Shown: positions 49,317 to 62,060, counted from the stretch's first letter. The stretch is DNA of 64,000 nt from an uncultured delta proteobacterium (GCA_963721485.1 CAVRJV010000013.1:169464-233463); one strand, 5' to 3'. Made by a program: numbers and translations. Notes: generated by a model not told the origin, from the sequence alone.

Positions 49317-51914
49317 GCCGCGCCGCTCATCTCGGCCCAGTTCGGACCGGATTTCAGGTCGACCTTCAGCGGAATTTTGAGTTCGGCCACGCCCTCCATT
49401 TCGCGTTTTGCCAGATTTGCCGCTTCCTGCCCATTCCTCTTTTGGCGCTTCCAGCAGTAGTTCGTCATGCACTTGCAGAATCATTCGCGCGCCCAGCCCG
49501 CGCTCCCGCAGCGCCTCTGTCCAGCCGTATCATAGCCAGTTTTATCAGGTCCGCCGCCGTGCCCTGGATGGGAGTATTGATGGCGATTCGCTCCGCCTGC
49601 GCCCGCGCCCCGCCCGGCTGCGCGTTCAGCTCGGGCAGATAGCGCCGCCGCCCGTACATCGTCGTTACGTAGCCCGTCGTGCGCGCGATACGAACAGTCT
49701 CGTCCAGCCATGCGCGCACGCCCGGCAGCCGCTCGAAGTAGCGCTTGATGTAGTCCGAGGCGTCAGGCAGCGGAATCCCAAGCTCGCCCGCCAGCCGCTG
49801 CGGACCCATCCCGTAAATGATCCCGAAGTTTATCACCTTGGCCTGCCGCCGCGCCTCGGCATTGACCTTGTCCGGCGTGACTCCGAGAACCTCGGTCGCG
49901 GTGCGCACGTGGATGTCCTCGCCGGTGTTGAACGCCTCGACCAGCGTCTTGTCGCCCGACAGATGCGCCATCACGCGCAGATCGATCTGCGAATAATCGG
50001 CGGAAACGAAGACGCATCCCGGCTTCGGCACGAACGCGCGGCGAATCCGGCGGCCCTCGACGCTGCTGGTCGGGATCTGCTGCAGATTCGGGTCGCTCGA
50101 GCTGACGCGTCCTGTCGGCACCAGCGCCTGATGCCAGGTCGTGTGGATTCGCCCGGTGCCCGAGTGGATCACCTCGGAGAGCGCGTCGGCATAGGTGGAT
50201 TTCAATTTCGAGATCATGCGGAATTCGATCAGCTTGCGCGGCAGCGGATGCAGCGCCGCGAGCTTCTCGAGCGTATCGGCGTCGGTCGAGAGTCCGCTCT
50301 TGGTTTTCTTGACGCCTTTTCTCGGCAGCTTCAGTGCTTGAACAGCAGCTCGCGGAGTTGCGTCGGCGAATTCAGATTCAACTCGCGGCCCGCCAGCTCG
50401 TAGCACTCGCGCTCGAGGCCGGCGAGCTGCTCGCCGAATTCCTTCGAGATGACTTTGAGCGCGTCGCCGTCGATGCCGATGCCGTCGGCTTCCATCTCGG
50501 CGAGTATCGGCGCGATCGGCATCTCGATTTCGTTGTACATCGAAGTGAGCGCGTCGGCTTCCAGACGCGCCGCCAGCGCCTCGCGAAGATTCCTGATGAG
50601 GTCCGCATTGGTGCCGGGCGGACTGCTGGCGCCCAGCGGAGCCAGGTATTCGTGATACAGATGCGTCAGCGACGGCTCGCCCTGTCCCGAATTGATCAGG
50701 AACCCCGCCAGCATCGTGTCGAAATCGACGCCCTTGAGCGCGATTCCGTGCCGCGCGAACGCTTCGATCTGATTCTTCAAATCGTGACACGATTTGAGCG
50801 GCCGATCGGAGCTCAGCAAGGATGCCGCGCTCGCGATCGAGTCATGTTCGACGACGATTGTCTGGTCGCTGCTCGCGAGCTGTAACGTCTCGTGACCGGT
50901 CTCCGAGGTGGAGAGGTCAACAGCGATTCGAGGTGCGTCGGCCAGTGTCTTGAGCGCGTCTGCGAGATCGTTTCCGCTGACAGTCGCGGCCGGTTTCGCA
51001 CTGCGATTCCAGGCCGGGAAGGTTCGCCTGCGACGGCGAGATCTCGCGGATGATCGAGTTGAACTCCAGCTCGCGCAGCAGTTCCGCGGCGAGCTTCTCG
51101 TCGACGCCCTGCCACGCGAACTCGTCGGGCTCGACCTTGAGCGGCATGTCGGTTTCGATGCGCACCAGTTTTCGCGCGAGGTCCACGTCCGCGCGATGCT
51201 CCGCAAGCAGGCCGGCGATTTTTTTCGCGCCGCGAATTCCCGACTCCTCGATTTTGTCGAGGTTCTCGTAGAGCTGCTTGATTCTGCCGAATTTCTGGAT
51301 CAGCGCCGCCGCCGTTTTCTCGCCGACTCCGGGTACGCCTTTGATATTGTCGATCGAATCGCCCGTCAGCGCCTGGATATCGATCAGCGCCGATGGCTCG
51401 ACGCCGAAGCGTTCGCGCACTTCGCGTGGCCCGGTTCGCTTATCGCGCATCGGGTCGCGTTCCATAGCGAGACATGCGGCCCGACCAGTTGCATGAAATC
51501 CTTGTCGGCCGTGATCAGCGTGACCGTGAAATCGTTCTTCGCCGCGCGCTTGGCGAGCGTGCCGATCACGTCGTCGGCCTCGAAGCCCTCGATCATCAGC
51601 GACTTGATCCGAAACGCCTCGACCGCGCGATGGATATACGGAATCTGCACGATCAGATCGTTGGGCGCCTCGCTGCGATTGGCCTTGTAGTCGGCAAACA
51701 GGTCGTCGCGAAAAGTTCGCTTGGGCGAGTCGAAAACGATCGCGATATGCGACGGCCGCACGTCCTTCAGCAGCTTCAGCAGCATCCGGATGAAGCCGTA
51801 GACCGCCTGGGTCGGCAGCCCGCGCGAGGTGTTCATCGGCGGCAGCGCATGAAAGGCGCGGAAGATGTAGCCGGAGCCGTCGACGAGAATCAGTTGCTTG
51901 CGTTCTGCGGCCAT
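49313..51914 (-). CDS. polA: DNA polymerase I, frame-interrupted (at least 5 frame changes)
   Basis: The 5'-nuclease N-terminus is MAAERKQLILVDGSGYIFRAFHALP. An HhH region follows (GVPGVGEKTAAALI). The polymerase motifs are DYSQIDLRVMAHLSGD, RRQAKVINFGIIYGM and QVHDELLLEAP. The corrected tail ..LKIPLKVDLKSGPNWAEMSGAA* has its TGA at 49313-49315, overlapping the sigma-factor ATG. Confidence 0.9.
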
Positions 51915-52093
51915 AGGTCGAAACTATCCGATACAGTTCTCAAAGCAAAAGCGGCGCGGAAGCAAATCGAAAATTTATCTGACGCGAGATCATCGTATTG
52001 ACAGTGACGCGTGGCGTGTTTAATTAGACGGTTGCCTTGTGATTGATCGAATTGCCGTGCGGGTCGCTTCGTCAATTGATTTGGACGACTTGA

Positions 52094-52861
<768 letters not shown>

Positions 52862-52879
52862 GCAACCCGTGCCGCTCGC

Positions 52880-53655
52880 ATGAAAAATTCTCTGACAATC
52901 GCGGGCAAGGAGCTCGCGGGATACTTCCTGCAGCCGGTCGCCTACGTCGTGATGACGGTGTTCCTGCTGCTGGGCGGATTCTTTTTCTTCGCGCTGCTGC
53001 GCTACTTCGAGATGACGCTGGCATACTCGCGGCGATGAACAGAATCCCGAGGTGCTGCAGCAGCATCAATCTCAACCAGCGCGTGATCGAGCCGATGCTG
53101 CACAACCTCGCGATCGTGCTCGTCATCCTGGTGCCCGCGATCACGATGCGCAGCTTTGCCGAGGAGAAACGCACCGGCACCTACGAGCTGCTGCTGACCG
53201 CGCCGATTCGCACCGGCGAGATCGTCGCGGGCAAGTTCATCGCGGCGGCGGCGTTCATGCTGATCATGATCGGGCTGGCCGGGATTTTCCCGCTGATCCT
53301 CGTCGCCTTCGGCAATCCCGAAGTCGGCGTGATGTTCGCCGGGTACCTAGGGCTCGCGTTCCTGGCGATCTCGTTCGTCTCGATCGGACTGTTCACCAGC
53401 TCGCTGACCGAGAATCAGATCATCGCGGCGATCAGCTGCTTCGGCCTGCTGCTGTTGCTGTTCGTGATATCGTGGCCGGCGCAAGCGGGCGGATCGGCGT
53501 ATGCCGACTTGCTGCGCTATCTGTCGCTGCCGGATCATTTCGCGCAGATGGTCACCGGCATCATCGACACCCGCGACATCGTTTACTTCCTGAGTCTCAT
53601 CTTCGTGGCGCTGTTCTTGACCCAACGCTCGGTCGAGTCGGCGCGCTGGCGGTAA
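52880..53655 (+). CDS. ABC-2 type transporter permease (GldF-like), one frame change near 53030
   Basis: MKNSLTIAGKELAGYFLQPVAYVVMTVFLL.. continues as ..AITMRSFAEEKRTGTYELLLTAPI.. in ORF 52450..53655. Confidence 0.75.
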
Positions 53656-53668
53656 GGTAGAGGGGCGG

Positions 53669-55243
53669 ATGCGGCGATCGGCGGCGCTTTACGGAATTCT
53701 CGGCCTGGTTCTGCTGTCATTCGGGCTGGTCGACTATTTTATCGCGACCGGCTTCCGGCTGTTCGTGTGGGTCAACCTGGTCGCCGGCGTCTTCGCGATA
53801 GTCCTGTGGATCACGTCGAGCCGGTCCGAGTTGTCGTCGATCTTCGACCGGCGCGCTCGGCGCGCTACGGCGCCAACGCCGTCGTCTACTCGATCGCGTT
53901 CGTCGCGCTGCTGGTCGCGGTCAACTATATTTCGTCGCTCCATCACACGCGGCTCGACCTGACCAGCGAGAAGGTTTACAGCCTTTCGAGCCAGTCGGTG
54001 AACGTGGTCAAGGGTCTGCAGAAGCCGCTCAAGCTCTACGGCTTCTTCGCCGGCGGTGAGAATCCAGCCGCGCGCGAACTCTACGAGACGTTCGCGTACT
54101 ACTCGCCCAAGCTGACGTACGAGCTGGTCGATCCCGACAAGCATCCCGAGCTCGCCGAGCGTTTCAAGGTGTCGGTCATGGGCACCACGCATCTGCAATA
54201 CGGCGGCGACAAGCGGCGAGGGCACCAACGTCACCGAACTCACCGAGGAAGTCGCTGACCAACGCGATCATCCGCGCGACCAAGAGCACCAAGAAGGTGA
54301 TCGAGTTCCTCGACGGGCACGGCGAGGCGGATCCCGACGATGCTGAGGCCGAGAACGGTTACGGCACCATCAAAAAAGATCTGGAAGGCGAAGGCTACGA
54401 GGTTCGCAAGCTCGAGCTCGCGCAATTGGCCAAGGTGCCGGACGACGTCGAACCTGGTCGTCGTCGCGGGACCGATCAAGCCGATTGGCCAGCATGAGAT
54501 CGACGCGCTCGAGCGACTACCTGAAGCACGGCGGGCGCATGATCGCGATGTACCGGCCGCAGCGGCCCGACAATCCGATCGACGAAGACGCGATGGTGAA
54601 GCTGGCGGCGCGACTGGGGCGTCAAGGTCGGCAACGATATCGTCGTCGACCAGGTGGTGCGGCTGTTCGAAGGCCCCGCGCTGGGGCTCAGTCCGATCGT
54701 GCAGAACTACGGCGACCATCCGATCACCAAGGATTTCAAGCAGCGCACGGTGTTCCCGATGGCCGCGGTCGCTTACCGCTGAGCCCAATCTGAAGCCGGG
54801 ACTGACGGTGACGCCGATCGCGATGACCAGCGACACGTCGTGGGCGGAGGTCGATCTCGACACGCTGTTCCGCCAGCAGAAGGCCGAACTCGACTGCGCA
54901 AGGACACGCGCGGGCCGATCACGGTGGTGATGGCGGTCGAACGGCAATCTCGAGCAGCTCGGCTTCGGCAAGGGCGACGCGCGCATCGTCGTGTACGGCA
55001 GCACCGAGTTTGCCGACAATCAGTACGTCGGCGAAGTTCTTCAACCGCGATTTTTTCATCAACAGCGCCGACTGGCTGGCCGGCGAGGAAAATTCGATCT
55101 CGATCAGGCCGCGATCGATCCGCGCGTCGCGCTTTCGCCTGACGACCGAGCAGTTCTCGATCGTGTTCGCGTTCGCGGTGTTGCTGCTGCCCGAGATGCT
55201 GCTGATTGCCGGGATCGTCGTGTGGTGGGAACGGCGCAACTGA
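53669..55243 (+). CDS. GldG-like ABC-transporter auxiliary protein, frame-interrupted (at least 5)
   Basis: The protein has N- and C-terminal TM anchors (ALYGILGLVLLSFGL; FAFAVLLLPEMLLIAGIVVWW). The internal segments LDLTSEKVYSLS, KLYGFFAGGE, VIEFLDGHGE and LVVVAGP lie in different frames. Confidence 0.6.
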
Positions 55244-55269
55244 GGCGTTGTCCGATTCGACTGAGTTCG

Positions 55270-56695
55270 ATGCGGCTGCGCAACACGATCATCGTTCTGG
55301 TCCTGCTTGCGATTGTCGGCGGCTACGCCTTGATCGTCGGCCGTTACTCGCAAACGGAGGCGACGCAGAAACTGATCGACGTCAAGCAGGACGATATCGC
55401 GAAAATCGAACTCAAGTACTCCGATCGCGACATCGTGCTCGAGCGCGACAAGGGCAAGCCGTGGCGGATCGTGAAGCCGATCGGCGCCGACGCCGACCAG
55501 AACGCAGGCCAACAACCTCGCGCGCGCGATCGCCGAAGGCGTGCTCGTCCGCACCGTCGATGACAAGCCGGCGGACCTCGCGCCGTTCGGGCTCGAAGCC
55601 GCCGACGACTGACCGTCACGGTCACGACCTTCGACAACAAAACGCTGCCGTCGATCGAAGTCGGCAAATCGACGCCGATCGGCTTCAACGCTTACGTGCG
55701 GCTCTCCAACAGTCCCGCGGTGCTGCTGACTGAAGGCGCGTTCTCGTCGGGGATGAACAAGACGGTCAACGATTTGCGCGTGCGCGACCTGATGGCATTC
55801 AAGATCGACGACGTGCAGAAGCTGATCATCACGCACGACAACGGACAAGCGGTCGAGATCGATCGCGACGGCGACCAACTGGAAAATCGTCAAGCCCGCG
55901 CCGTCTGCGGCCGACGACACTGCGGTCCGCGATGGCGCTGAGCACGCTGGTCAACGCGCGCGCGGCGGATTTCATCACCGATGCGCCGGCCAACGTCAAC
56001 CAGTACGGCCTCGAGAAACCGCATCTAACGGCGACGGTGGTGCTCAAGAACGGCGAGCAGCAATCGATGCTGTTCGGCTTCAAGCAGAACGAGCAGGGCA
56101 AGAGCGGAATTTACGTGCGTCGCGGCGAGCGCGCGCCGGTTTACGCCGTCGCCGAGTACATGATGAGCAGCCTCGACAAGTCGCCGCTGGATTTTCGCGA
56201 CAAGACTATCGTGAAGATCGATCCCGAGTCGGTCGAATCGATCAAGGTCAAAAACAGCGACGGCGAGTTCACGCTCAAGCGGGTCGGCAGCGAATTGGAA
56301 TGTGATGGTGGGCGGCAAGACGACGGAGGGCGATATTCTCGTCGTCGAGCGGCTGCTCAATCAGCTCCGCGATTTGAAAGGCGAGTCGATCGTCGCCGAT
56401 CCGATGCCGAGCGCGCAGCCGTTCGGGCTCGACAATCCCGCGGTCGAAATCACGCTCATCGGCAAGGACGGCAAGGAGCTCGGCACGGTCAAGCTCGCGA
56501 AGATCAGGGTGAACCAGACGGCCCCACCGATCCCCGGCGAACCGCCGCAGCAGACCGAGTACTACGCGACTTCAAGCGACAGCAAAGCGGTATACTCGAT
56601 GAGCGAATTCAGTTTTCGAGCAACTCAACCGGCCCGCGCCGCTATACATGGCAAGGGCGCCGGCTCCTGCGGCGGCATCGTCGCCGGCGAAGTAA
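55270..56695 (+). CDS. DUF4340-like protein (usual partner of GldG-like genes), frame-interrupted
   Basis: The start MRLRNTIIVLVLLAIVGGYALIV is a TM anchor. Repeated beta-rich modules follow (ELKYSDRDIVLERDKGKPWRIVKP; ITHDNGQAVEIDRDGD; IKVKNSDGEFTLKRVG) across several frames. The proposed stop is TAA 56693-56695. Confidence 0.5.
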
Positions 56696-56768
56696 AAATC
56701 AGGATTCCGATATACGTCGGCCGATGGTCGTTGCTGATCGGATGTAATCGCATATATTCTCATTGAAT

Positions 56769-57029
56769 ATGGGTGTTGAGAAGACAACCACCGTGCGCAT
56801 GGAAGACCGCACACTCAAACGCGTTGACGGTCTTGCCAACGCAATGAGCCGTTCGCGGGCTTGGGTCATAAACCAGGCGGTTGAGCGCTATCTCGACTAC
56901 GAAGAATGGTTTGTCGGCGAGGTCAAGCAGGCGCTCAAGGAAGCCGAGGGCGGCCAACTCGTGGATCACGCGACGGTCGTGAAACGGTGGGAACGAAAGC
57001 GTGCGGCTAAAGTGGACGCGCGCCGCTAA
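56769..57029 (+). CDS. ribbon-helix-helix (CopG/ParD-like) antitoxin
   Basis: MGVEKTTTVRMEDRTLKRVDGLANAMSRSRAWVINQAVERYL is an RHH pattern. The gene overlaps the toxin start by 29 nt. Confidence 0.7.
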   Translation: MGVEKTTTVRMEDRTLKRVDGLANAMSRSRAWVINQAVERYLDYEEWFVGEVKQALKEAEGGQLVDHATVVKRWERKRAAKVDARR

Positions 57030-57336
57030 CCGCGACCTCGATGCGGTCGAGCAATTCATAGGCCGCGATAATCCCCGCGCGGCGATTGAAACTGTACTTG
57101 AAATTATTCGGCTTGTTGGAATGCTGAGCGAACACCCGGGCATTGGACGGCCGGGCCGCGTCGACACTACGCGCGAGTTGGTGATCGCCGGGCTGCCTTA
57201 CGTCGTTGCATATGCTCATCAAGGCGATACCGTGACGATACTGCGAGTCCTTCACGGTGCGATGAAGTGGCCCAAGCGCTTCGAGCTCAGGATTCCGCGA
57301 TTACGTGGGCGATTGCCTGCGCGGCGGTGTGGGTGA
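57001..57336 (+). CDS. RelE/ParE-family toxin
   Basis: The sequence is (V)RLKWTRAANRDLDAVEQFIGRDNPRAAIETVLEIIRLVGMLSEHPGIGRPGR..TRELVIAGLPYVVAY..DTVTILRVLHGA. The last ~15 codons overlap the acpS 3' end, so the true stop may be earlier. Confidence 0.75.
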   Translation: MRLKWTRAANRDLDAVEQFIGRDNPRAAIETVLEIIRLVGMLSEHPGIGRPGRVDTTRELVIAGLPYVVAYAHQGDTVTILRVLHGAMKWPKRFELRIPRLRGRLPARRCG

Positions 57337-57679
57337 TGCTCAGGTGGAAGCGCGTGATTTGTTTCTTCTGCGCGAAGGCGGCGGCCTTGCCCGATAGCGC
57401 GATAGTCGGCGCCTTGCCGCGCTCGCGCACGACTTCTATTTCGCTCCATCCGACGTTGCGGTTCCATCCCGTGCCCAGCGCTTTCATCGTCGCTTCCTTG
57501 GCGGCGAAGCGCGCGGCATAGCTCTGGTAGCGGGGGAGGCCGCGCGACTCGCAGTACTTGATCTCGCCGGCAGTGAAGACGCGGGCGCGAAAACGCTCGC
57601 CGGTGGCGGGCCGCGTCAGTGCGCGCTCGATGCGATCGACTTCGATAACGTCGATTCCGGTGCCGGCGATTTGGCTCAT
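57287..57679 (-). CDS. acpS: holo-[acyl-carrier-protein] synthase
   Basis: The sequence carries GTGIDVIEVDRIERAL, AARFAAKEATMKALG and ..HLSITHT.. Confidence 0.88.
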   Translation of the reverse strand: MSQIAGTGIDVIEVDRIERALTRPATGERFRARVFTAGEIKYCESRGLPRYQSYAARFAAKEATMKALGTGWNRNVGWSEIEVVRERGKAPTIALSGKAAAFAQKKQITRFHLSITHTAAQAIAHVIAES

Positions 57680-57769
57680 CGCGAATGAGTATTAGCCGGG
57701 CTGCGGGCGGATTCAATTGCGCGCGCGCGACGTCGATTCTATTGTTCATGCAGAATCGTGGAGGTTGCG

Positions 57770-58001
57770 ATGGCGAAGCTTTCGATCACAGTGAACAAGG
57801 TCCGTTGCATCGGCAGCGGCGACTGCGTGGAAACGGCGCCGGCCGTGTTTCAACTCGACGACGGAGGGCAAGTCGGAGGTCGTCAACGCGACGGGCGCCG
57901 GCGACTCGGTAATCGTCTCGGCGGCGCGGTCGTGTCCGGTCAAGGCGATCACGGTGGTGGACGAAGCGGGCGTGCAACTCTTCCCGCCGCCGAAGAAGTA
58001 G
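57770..58001 (+). CDS. small single-cluster ferredoxin, one frame change near 57870
   Basis: GGAGG lies 5 nt upstream of ATG 57770. MAKLSITVNKVRCIGSGDCVETAPAVFQLDD.. continues in another frame as ..VVNATGAGDSVIVSAARSCPVKAITVVDE.. Confidence 0.7.
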
Positions 58002-58017
58002 GTCGCAAATCAGGCGC

Positions 58018-58492
58018 ATGGCGATACGCAAGCATCGCGCAGGCGAACTCGTCGTCGAGCAGACGCGCGACCTCGCGCTGGTGCGCGCGATGCTCGAGCG
58101 CGGCGGCATGACGACCGACGGGAATCGAGTGGCCGGCCGCGTGTTACATCGTCGCGTACTTCGGCGACGAGGCGGTCGGCGTGATTGGCGTCGAGCCGAA
58201 GATCGACGCGGCGCTGATACGCTCGCTGTGCGTGAACGAATCGATGCGCCGGCGCGGAATCGGCGGCGCGCTGCTCGCGGCGGCGCGCAAGGCGGCGCAC
58301 ACGCGCGGCGCGCGGCATCTTTATCTGTTCGGCGCTGACGCGGGTGGTTTCTTCGAGCGTCACGGCTTCACAGCGGTCGCGGTTGCCGATGTAATCGCCG
58401 CTATCCCGGGCGTGCCGGAGGTGGAGTGCATACCGCGCACGGCCCGAGGAACTCGCGCGCGAGGTCGCATATCATCTGGACATTTCGGGTGA
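58018..58492 (+). CDS. GNAT-family N-acetyltransferase, frame-interrupted; C-terminus uncertain
   Basis: The sequence LCVNESMRRRGIGGALLAAARKAAHTRGARHLYLFGADAGGFFERHGF is GNAT motif A/B. The N-terminal ~50 aa are in ORF 58018..58338. Confidence 0.7.
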
Positions 58493-58497
58493 CGGCG

Positions 58498-59234
58498 TCA
58501 TTGAGCGATAGCTCTCAGGCCGTCGGGAACGTAGCGGCCCAGATATTTCCCGTCTCGGTGGTCACTATCAGGTACGGATTCGTCTTCAACAGTTTGCGTG
58601 GCGAGGCGCGGCGTCATGTCGGGACGGATTGTTTGCGGGTTGGGATTCATCGCGTCGAGAGCGCGCGGCGCGGACTTGGATTGTTCGATCGCACCAAGCA
58701 GGGCTCCCTCGGAGTTCAGCACCACGGCGCGCGGCATTGGCGAACCGGGCGAGGCGGGCGCGACATGGTCTTCGGGGCCGAGGCGGGCGAGGTCGTCGCG
58801 CGTGAACTCCGAAACGCGATACGCGGTCGGTGTAGTGAATCCAGAATGAGCGGATGCCGGGCGCCAGATTATTTACGAAATATCGGAAACGCGCGCATCC
58901 GCTCTGAGAGCGGGGCCGGCGGATCCATCGGCAATCCGCGAACCATCCAATCAGCCTTGCCGCGGAAGTAGTGGCGCACGTCGGTGAATCCCAATACCTC
59001 GAGCTGCGCCGCAGCTCGCGCGCTGAGGTCTCACAAGCTATCGCGGCAATAGACGACGACCGGGCGGCTGCGATCAAGCTTGGCGGGCGCATCGCGGAGG
59101 ATGTCGCCGACCGGAATGTGAATCGCGCTGCGGATGTGAGCAGTGTTGTATTCATGCGACGGAAGTACGTCGACGATTTGCGCGGCGCCCGACGCGAGCA
59201 TCGCGGCTAGCTCGCGATGTTGAATCTCGCGCAC
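58498..59234 (-). CDS. rhodanese-domain plus CBS-like domain protein, frame-interrupted
   Basis: The start is GTG 59234. Rhodanese segments are QIVDVLPSHEYNTAHIRSAIHIP..RPVVVYC and, after a shift, ..AAQLEVLGFTDVRHYFRGKADW. The C-terminal segment (MNPNPQTIRPDMT..) is in ORF 58498..58737. Confidence 0.55.
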
Positions 59235-59235
59235 G

Positions 59236-60606
59236 CTACGCGCGCATCGCGGCAAGCGCGGTGAGGGCGGTCTCGACGATCGTCTCGCCGCTGCCGGCGG
59301 CAATTCGCGCCGTATCGACTTCGTAGCCACCCTCGGCGTACGCGGCGCGGGTGGGAATGTATCCGATCAGATCGTTGCAGTAGCCGGCGACGAAAGTGCG
59401 CGCGAAGTGCGGATTCGCTTTCAGCACGAGGCCGAACTCGACGAAGAGTTCGCCCGGGATACCAACGACGGCGAGGTCGCCGACGGTGACTAGCGTCATC
59501 GCGGTTGCGAGCTGGCGGCGTTCCAGGTCGACGCGGCGGTCGCGGCGATTTTGCTCCTCGATGGCTTCCAGAGCGGTCAAGGCCGCGAGCGATTGCGCGT
59601 GATGGTCGCGCAGGCGCTTCAATTGGTAGCCCTCACCGCCGCGATGGTTGTCCAGGGAGGCCTTGGTTTGCGCGGCGCAATCGCGTGCGAGAGCGAGTTC
59701 GTCGCTGAGATCTTTCAGCGCGAGATTCAGCGCGATTCTGCGCGCGGCGATTCGGGCGTCGGCTAATTGAGGGTGCGTGCTCGAGCGCGTCGAATGCGGC
59801 GCGGCCCATCGAGCGGCCGTGTTGCTCGGCGACTTCGAAGTTGCCGCGGCTGCGCGGATCGATGTTGCCGGTCGCGCCCTGGATGAAAATCGAGATCGGC
59901 CGCGGGCCGGCGGCGGACGCTGCGCGGTTTCGATTTCGTCCATCGCGAAACCCGGCCAATCGCGCGAGTAGAGCAGATTGTCTTCGCACAGCACGACGCC
60001 GTGGCATGGATAGTTCATCAGGAACGCGATTGCAGTTCCGTTCGGGCGAAATGCACCGAGCGCGACGACTTCAGCGTCGGCCGGGCCGAGAGAGATTGGC
60101 GGCGGTTTGAATCTGGCCGTGCGGACGGCTTCAAGCGGCGATTGATTCCCGAGCGTGAAATTCGCGGCGGCAGCGCGGAGAGTCGCGGGTTCGAGGTTCT
60201 CGTGCGCCTGAACGATCGCCGATGCGATTTTCGCTGGCAGCGCGCGTTCCCATTCGAGGTCGCGGCCTTCTGCCGGTTTCGCGTCGGCGCGCGGCGTCGC
60301 GAAGATGTTGAAGGCCGGCGCCGAATGGGTGTGTGTCGCGCAAACGAGGATCGAATCATCTGGAATGTCCGTACTCGCCAGCGACGCGTTGCGCGGATGT
60401 CGTCAGCGATGCGAGCGCCGATTGCCAGCAGATCAACACCGACGATCGCGATCTTGTTGGCGCCGTCGCTCGAGCACGAGCGCTTGCGCTGCGAGGTCGT
60501 CGTGCACGCCTTCGTTTCGGCCGACGCGATTGCCGTAACCGAGCATCGCCAGCCCTGCGGGCGGATTCAGCTTGACGCGTGCGGCGCCGGCGTACAGCGG
60601 ACTCAT
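59236..60606 (-). CDS. neutral/alkaline ceramidase-like hydrolase, frame-interrupted
   Basis: The N-terminus (ATG 60606) is MSPLYAGAARVKLNPPAGLAMLGYGNRVGRNEGVHDDLAAQALVL. Later segments are ..CATHTHSAPA.., FLMNYPCHGVVL and GYCNDLIGYIPT. Confidence 0.6.
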
Positions 60607-61853
60607 TTCAATTTGGTGGCGGCGAGGTCGGTGGCTCTGGAAGCCACTTTGGCGGCTGCGGCGACAATATCGTCAACATCGCGGTCGTCGCCGAGCAGGC
60701 ATTCGTGAGGGATCGAGACGATGGCGTGTTCGAAGAGGCGTTCGGCGACCGGGCAATCGATCGCGACGTTGTCGGGGTTTGCGCCGGCGAGTTCGCAGGC
60801 TTTGCGATAGGCGGCGGACTCGCGCGGGAAGAGCGCGGAACGATAAACGGGATCGTTGGCGACGCCGCATGGGATGCCTTCGGCGCGCAGTGCGCGGACG
60901 AAGCGGTTGCGCGACATTCCGAGCGCGGATTCGTCGACGAGGAATACAAACGCATAGATGATTTCGCGCGTGACGCGAGGATCGCGCTCAACGGGACACA
61001 GTCCCTTGATTGCGGCGAGGCCTTCGCGCAGGTGGGCGGCGGCGCGGCTCTTGCGTTCGATCTGTTCGGGCAGGCGCGCGAGTTGCGCGAGCAGTATTCC
61101 GCATTGCCATTCCGTCATGCGGTAGTTCGCGCCCATCAGCGGGCCTTCGAAGTCGTCGTTCGGACGGCGGCGGCCGCAGTTGATCAAGGACTGGCATCGC
61201 TGCTCGAGGTCGGGATCGTTGGTCACAATCATTCCGCCTTCGCCCGCCGTCATCGGCTTGGAGGATTGAAAACTGAAGCATCCGAGACTGCCATGCGTGC
61301 CGACGCCGCGATCGCGGAAGCGGGCGCCGGGGACGTGCGCGCAATCCTCGACGAGCGGAATGGAATGCGCGCGCGAGATTTCCGCGAGTGCGTCGAGGTC
61401 GGCAAGCGACGCGCCATAGTGGACCGGGATAATCGCCTTGGTGCGGCGGGTGATTAGCCGCTTCACAGATTCAGGATCGATGCATGCGTTGGCGGCGCTG
61501 ACGTCGGCGAAGACCGGACGCGCCATGCATGCGACCGCGGCGTATGGGGTCGCGGCGAAAGTGATCGCGGGGACGATGACCTCGTCGCCGGCGCCGATGC
61601 CGAGTGCTTTGAGGGCGACCTCGAGCGCGCTAGTGCCGGAGGTCGTCGGGATTGCGAAGCGCGCGCCCTGACACGCGGCGAATGCTGTCGCGAACTCCGC
61701 GGCCTTGTGATTGGGGCTCGGGTAGCCACCCCAGCTCGACGAGGTGAGTACATCTTCAAGTTGCGCGCGTTCGCGGGCGTCGAACACCGGCCACGCCGGG
61801 AACGGGCGGGTGCGAAGTGGATCGCCGCCAAGAATTGCGAGTGCCGAAGGCAT
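60603..61853 (-). CDS. DegT/DnrJ/EryC1/StrS-family PLP-dependent aminotransferase
   Basis: This is an intact 416-aa ORF with TSGTSALEVAL, DEVIVPAITFAAT, EDCAH and the PLP lysine context FSFQSSKPMTAGEGG. Confidence 0.85.
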   Translation of the reverse strand: MPSALAILGGDPLRTRPFPAWPVFDARERAQLEDVLTSSSWGGYPSPNHKAAEFATAFAACQGARFAIPTTSGTSALEVALKALGIGAGDEVIVPAITFAATPYAAVACMARPVFADVSAANACIDPESVKRLITRRTKAIIPVHYGASLADLDALAEISRAHSIPLVEDCAHVPGARFRDRGVGTHGSLGCFSFQSSKPMTAGEGGMIVTNDPDLEQRCQSLINCGRRRPNDDFEGPLMGANYRMTEWQCGILLAQLARLPEQIERKSRAAAHLREGLAAIKGLCPVERDPRVTREIIYAFVFLVDESALGMSRNRFVRALRAEGIPCGVANDPVYRSALFPRESAAYRKACELAGANPDNVAIDCPVAERLFEHAIVSIPHECLLGDDRDVDDIVAAAAKVASRATDLAATKLK

Positions 61854-61861
61854 TGCTTTGA

Positions 61862-61882
61862 ATCTAAACTATTACTTTAGAT
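61862..61882. promoter_or_regulatory. perfect palindrome ATCTAAA-N7-TTTAGAT just upstream of the aminotransferase start
   Basis: The 7-bp arms are exact. The site lies 9-29 nt upstream of ATG 61853 (minus strand), inside a ~300-nt AT-rich spacer. Its function is unknown. Confidence 0.35.
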
Positions 61883-62006
61883 ATGGAAAATTGCGCGCAC
61901 GATTCTCCGGCGGCGACAAGCATGTGGGCGACGGTGGAATCGTGGTCCTTATACCATCGGTTGTGGTGCTGAGACGACCAGACCACCAAGGGTCGTTTCG
62001 TTCCGT

Positions 62007-62060
62007 AAAAAATGTGTTCAAGAAAAGACCGGCGGCGTCCGACTTGAGACGACGCCGGTG
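62007..62060 (-). terminator. intrinsic terminator downstream of the ABM gene
   Basis: On the minus strand the sequence reads ACCGGCGTCGTC-TCAAGTCG-GACGCCGCCGGT (one mismatch) followed by CTTTTCTTGAACACATTTTTTA. Confidence 0.5.

Noticed and set aside
51998-52024. A possible promoter for the ABC operon: TTGACA (51998-52003) and TTTAAT (52019-52024).
   Set aside because: The spacer is only 15 nt and the alternative -10 box (TAATTA) is poor. It is plausible, but too weak to list as a feature.
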